Shown here: piece after piece, positions 61,599 through 64,000 of the stretch
How positions within the stretch are numbered: the first letter of the stretch is position 1
How the letters are laid out: each line of letters begins with the position of its first letter
Origin: Geopsychrobacteraceae bacterium
Lineage (GTDB): Bacteria > Desulfobacterota > Desulfuromonadia > Desulfuromonadales > Geopsychrobacteraceae
DNA length: 64,000 nt
Assembly: GCA_963662315.1 (NCBI GenBank)
Contig: OY759353.1
Coordinates: forward strand, 3,168,001-3,232,000
Reading direction: 5' to 3'
Notes under the pieces: model-generated
Database searches by the model: none
The model's input: only the letters and a program-made list of their open reading frames with translations
What the model was told of the DNA's origin: nothing
Program-made: the position numbers and the translations under genes

Positions 61599-61748
61599 AT
61601 GATCATCACGTTTGCTACGCCAACTATTGGTCAACGAAACATAACAACCCACCCCGTTAAGTCGCTGCCGGAGACAAAAACATGGCTGTTCCGTTGGCAG
61701 GCGACTCTACAAGGGGCTTGTTTGAACGCTGGAGGGGATCATGATTAA
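61599..61748 (+). CDS. Putative 49-aa leader/small protein coupled to the downstream gene
   Basis: Strong AGGAGG RBS; MIITFATPTIGQRNITTHPVKSLPETKTWLFRWQATLQGACLNAGGDHD*. Its stop overlaps the next ATG (ATGATTAA). Confidence 0.4.
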   Translation: MIITFATPTIGQRNITTHPVKSLPETKTWLFRWQATLQGACLNAGGDHD

Positions 61749-64000
61749 TCGTTTATCACTGTCACAATCATTTACCTGGTTGAATGTTACTCAGTTTTTC
61801 GGAGCTTTGAATGATAATCTGCTCAAGCTGCTGATTATCTTTTTCCTTATTGCTCTGAAAGGTGCTGATCACGCGACGGCTGTCGCGGCGACAACCGGTG
61901 CACTGTTTGTCGTACCATTTTTGCTGTTTTCCCCTGTTGCCGGGGCCCTGGCCGATAATTTAAGTAAGCAGAAGATCATTGTGGCGACCAAGATTCTCGA
62001 GGTTGTTATCGGTCTTTTGGGCATCACCGCATTTGCCCTTAGCAGTGAGCTTGGCTTGTATGCGGTCATGTTCCTGATGGCAACGCAGAGTGCTCTGTTC
62101 GGGCCGTCGAAGTATGGCATTGTGCCGGAACTGGTGCACCGTGACCAGTTATCCAAAGCGAACAGCCTGCTGGAGTCATTTACCTATATTGCGATTATCC
62201 TGGGCACTGCGCTGGCTCCGCTATTGGTTCAGGTCAGCGCCAATAATTATCGTCTGGCGGCCCAGTCCTGTATCCTTTTTTCACTTTTGGGACTTGCTGC
62301 CAGCTGGAAGATAGAGAAAACCCGGCCTGCAGGGACACAACGCTCTCTGAGTGTCAACATTGTGGCTGAGGTCAAGTCTTCATTGGCGGAGCTGCATGGT
62401 GATAAATACCTGCTCGCCGCCATCCTCGGCTCTGCTTATTTTCTGTTTCTTGGTGCTTTTGCCCAGATCAACCTGATTCCATTCGGGATGCAGGTTCATC
62501 AGTTGACCCAAGAGCATGCTGGCTATCTGTTTTTGCTGTCCGCATTGGGCATAGGGATCGGCTCTTTTCTGTCTGGAAGGTTGTCCGGCCGCAATGTCGA
62601 GTTTGGGGTTGTGCCGTTGGGGGCTCTGGGATTAGCCATTTGCTCTACTGGTTTATTCCTGGTGCCGCCTAACCTGATTGTGCATAGCATTTTGATTCTG
62701 TTGTTCGGTATCAGTGCCGGTCTGTTCCTGGTCCCGTTGCATGCTTTCGTGCAATGGCGCGCTCCACGTGAAAAGCTGGGGCGTATTCTGGCTGCTGGAA
62801 GTTTTCTGAGCTGGTGTGGGGTGTTGCTGGCCTCAGCTTTATCGGCCTTTTTGGATGGCGTGCTTGGCATGACGGCCGCCCAGTCTTTTTTGCTTCTTGG
62901 TCTGTTAACCTTTGTTCTGACTTTTGTATCGCTATGGATTTTGCCTGATTTTCTACTGCGTTTTGTCGCCCTGCTGACCATGCGTCTGGTGTATCGATTC
63001 CGTGTTGTCGGAGCCGAACACGTCCCCAGTGAAGGGCCTGCGTTGCTGGTTCCTAACCACGCTTCCTGGATCGATGCTCTGCTGTTGCTGGCGACCCAGC
63101 AGCGGCGCATTCGTTTTATCATGCATCAGGATATTTATCAGAATCGTCTGCTGCGTCCGTTGTTCCGTTTGATGGGTGTTATTCCCGTGGCTCCCGGTGG
63201 TAGCAAACGACAGATGGTTGAGTTTATCAAGGCCTCACGCCAGGCTTTGGACGCTGGCTATCTGGTGTGCATCTTTGCCGAGGGGATGATCACCCGCAAC
63301 GGTATGCTGCATCAGTTCCAGGGTGGTTTTGAGGCGATTCTTAAAGGGAGTGATCATCCGGTCATTCCGGTTTTTCTTGGTGGCGCCTGGGGAACCATCT
63401 TCAGCTACGCGCATGGCAAGCCGTTCAGTAAATTACCGACCAGTTTCCCCTATGAGATTGGCGTCCATTTCGGTTCCCCCTTGCCCAGCACCTGTAAGTC
63501 GGCTGATGTTCAGCAGGCGGTGGCGGAACTGAACAATGATTATTTTGATGTCCAGCTGGAGCGTCGTACCTCGCTTATTGATATGTTTATTACCACCGCG
63601 CGCAATAACTGGACGCGGCGGGCGCTTAGCGACAGTAGCGGTAAAAACTTAAGTTACGGGCAAACCCTGTGTGCTGCACTGGCGCTGCGTGATCGGTTGG
63701 CGGGCGCTTTGGAGGGGGAGGAGAATATCGGCTTGTTGCTGCCGTCGTCAGTGGGGGGTGCGCTGGCCAATCTGGCGCTTCCGTTACTGGGCAAGGTGCC
63801 GATCAATATCAACTATACCGCTTCCCCTGAAGCAGTGGAATCTGCTCTGGAACAGTGCCAGATTAAGACACTGGTGACCAGTCGCAAGTTTGCTGAACGT
63901 TTCCCACAGTTGCCGCTGCCTCAGAACGTTTTATATTTGGAGGACCTGCTGCGGCCATTGGGTAAGAACGCGCGGATGCAGCTCTTTTTACGGGCGCGCT
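61741..64000 (+). CDS. MFS + PlsC acyltransferase + AMP-binding fusion (Aas-like acyl-ACP:phospholipid O-acyltransferase); runs off the window
   Basis: Manual translation from ATG 61741: TQFFGALNDN, QSALFGPSKYG (LplT-like MFS), NHASWID and FAEG (PlsC), then the start of an adenylation domain. GGAGG RBS. Confidence 0.88.
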   Translation, partial: MINRLSLSQSFTWLNVTQFFGALNDNLLKLLIIFFLIALKGADHATAVAATTGALFVVPFLLFSPVAGALADNLSKQKIIVATKILEVVIGLLGITAFALSSELGLYAVMFLMATQSALFGPSKYGIVPELVHRDQLSKANSLLESFTYIAIILGTALAPLLVQVSANNYRLAAQSCILFSLLGLAASWKIEKTRPAGTQRSLSVNIVAEVKSSLAELHGDKYLLAAILGSAYFLFLGAFAQINLIPFGMQVHQLTQEHAGYLFLLSALGIGIGSFLSGRLSGRNVEFGVVPLGALGLAICSTGLFLVPPNLIVHSILILLFGISAGLFLVPLHAFVQWRAPREKLGRILAAGSFLSWCGVLLASALSAFLDGVLGMTAAQSFLLLGLLTFVLTFVSLWILPDFLLRFVALLTMRLVYRFRVVGAEHVPSEGPALLVPNHASWIDALLLLATQQRRIRFIMHQDIYQNRLLRPLFRLMGVIPVAPGGSKRQMVEFIKASRQALDAGYLVCIFAEGMITRNGMLHQFQGGFEAILKGSDHPVIPVFLGGAWGTIFSYAHGKPFSKLPTSFPYEIGVHFGSPLPSTCKSADVQQAVAELNNDYFDVQLERRTSLIDMFITTARNNWTRRALSDSSGKNLSYGQTLCAALALRDRLAGALEGEENIGLLLPSSVGGALANLALPLLGKVPININYTASPEAVESALEQCQIKTLVTSRKFAERFPQLPLPQNVLYLEDLLRPLGKNARMQLFLRAR

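Overview
A 64-kb chromosomal window, most likely from a Desulfuromonadales-type deltaproteobacterium (inferred from gene content, sigma-54 regulation and repeat style). I saw no rRNA, tRNA, CRISPR array, prophage or intact transposase. Left to right: a biotin-dependent carboxyltransferase cluster (12S/beta, small epsilon-like, 5S/alpha subunits); a glpD-pyk-gap-(deleted pgk)-tpiA-eno run preceded by two GlpR-like operators; a spy/cpxP-cpxR-cpxA module with CpxR boxes; cls; nadA-mfd-ppiC-surA-pdxA-uvrA; tatBC; a sigma-54 two-component system upstream of a receiver + degP operon; ZIP, SDR, RelA/SpoT-TPR, nitroreductase and patatin genes; ybbP-ybbA/tesA; rluA; TetR; a PAS kinase; thpR; MocR/DUF2917; hflKC; a GGDEF gene; rsgA; rsmE; a second PLD gene; and an Aas-like fusion. 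The best novelty candidate is a 57-codon membrane-protein ORF (14014-14187) absent from the ORF track. It has an in-frame UGA in a U-x4-C context, a SECIS-like hairpin, and its own promoter and terminator, so it is a putative small selenoprotein. Other points of interest: an apparent glycerol-regulated lower-glycolysis operon beside the transcarboxylase genes, an in-frame-deleted pgk, a structured RNA after degP that displays an anti-Shine-Dalgarno loop, palindromic repeat elements, and a sigma-54-driven leader ORF before the Aas fusion. All calls come from reading the sequence by eye; no database searches were run.
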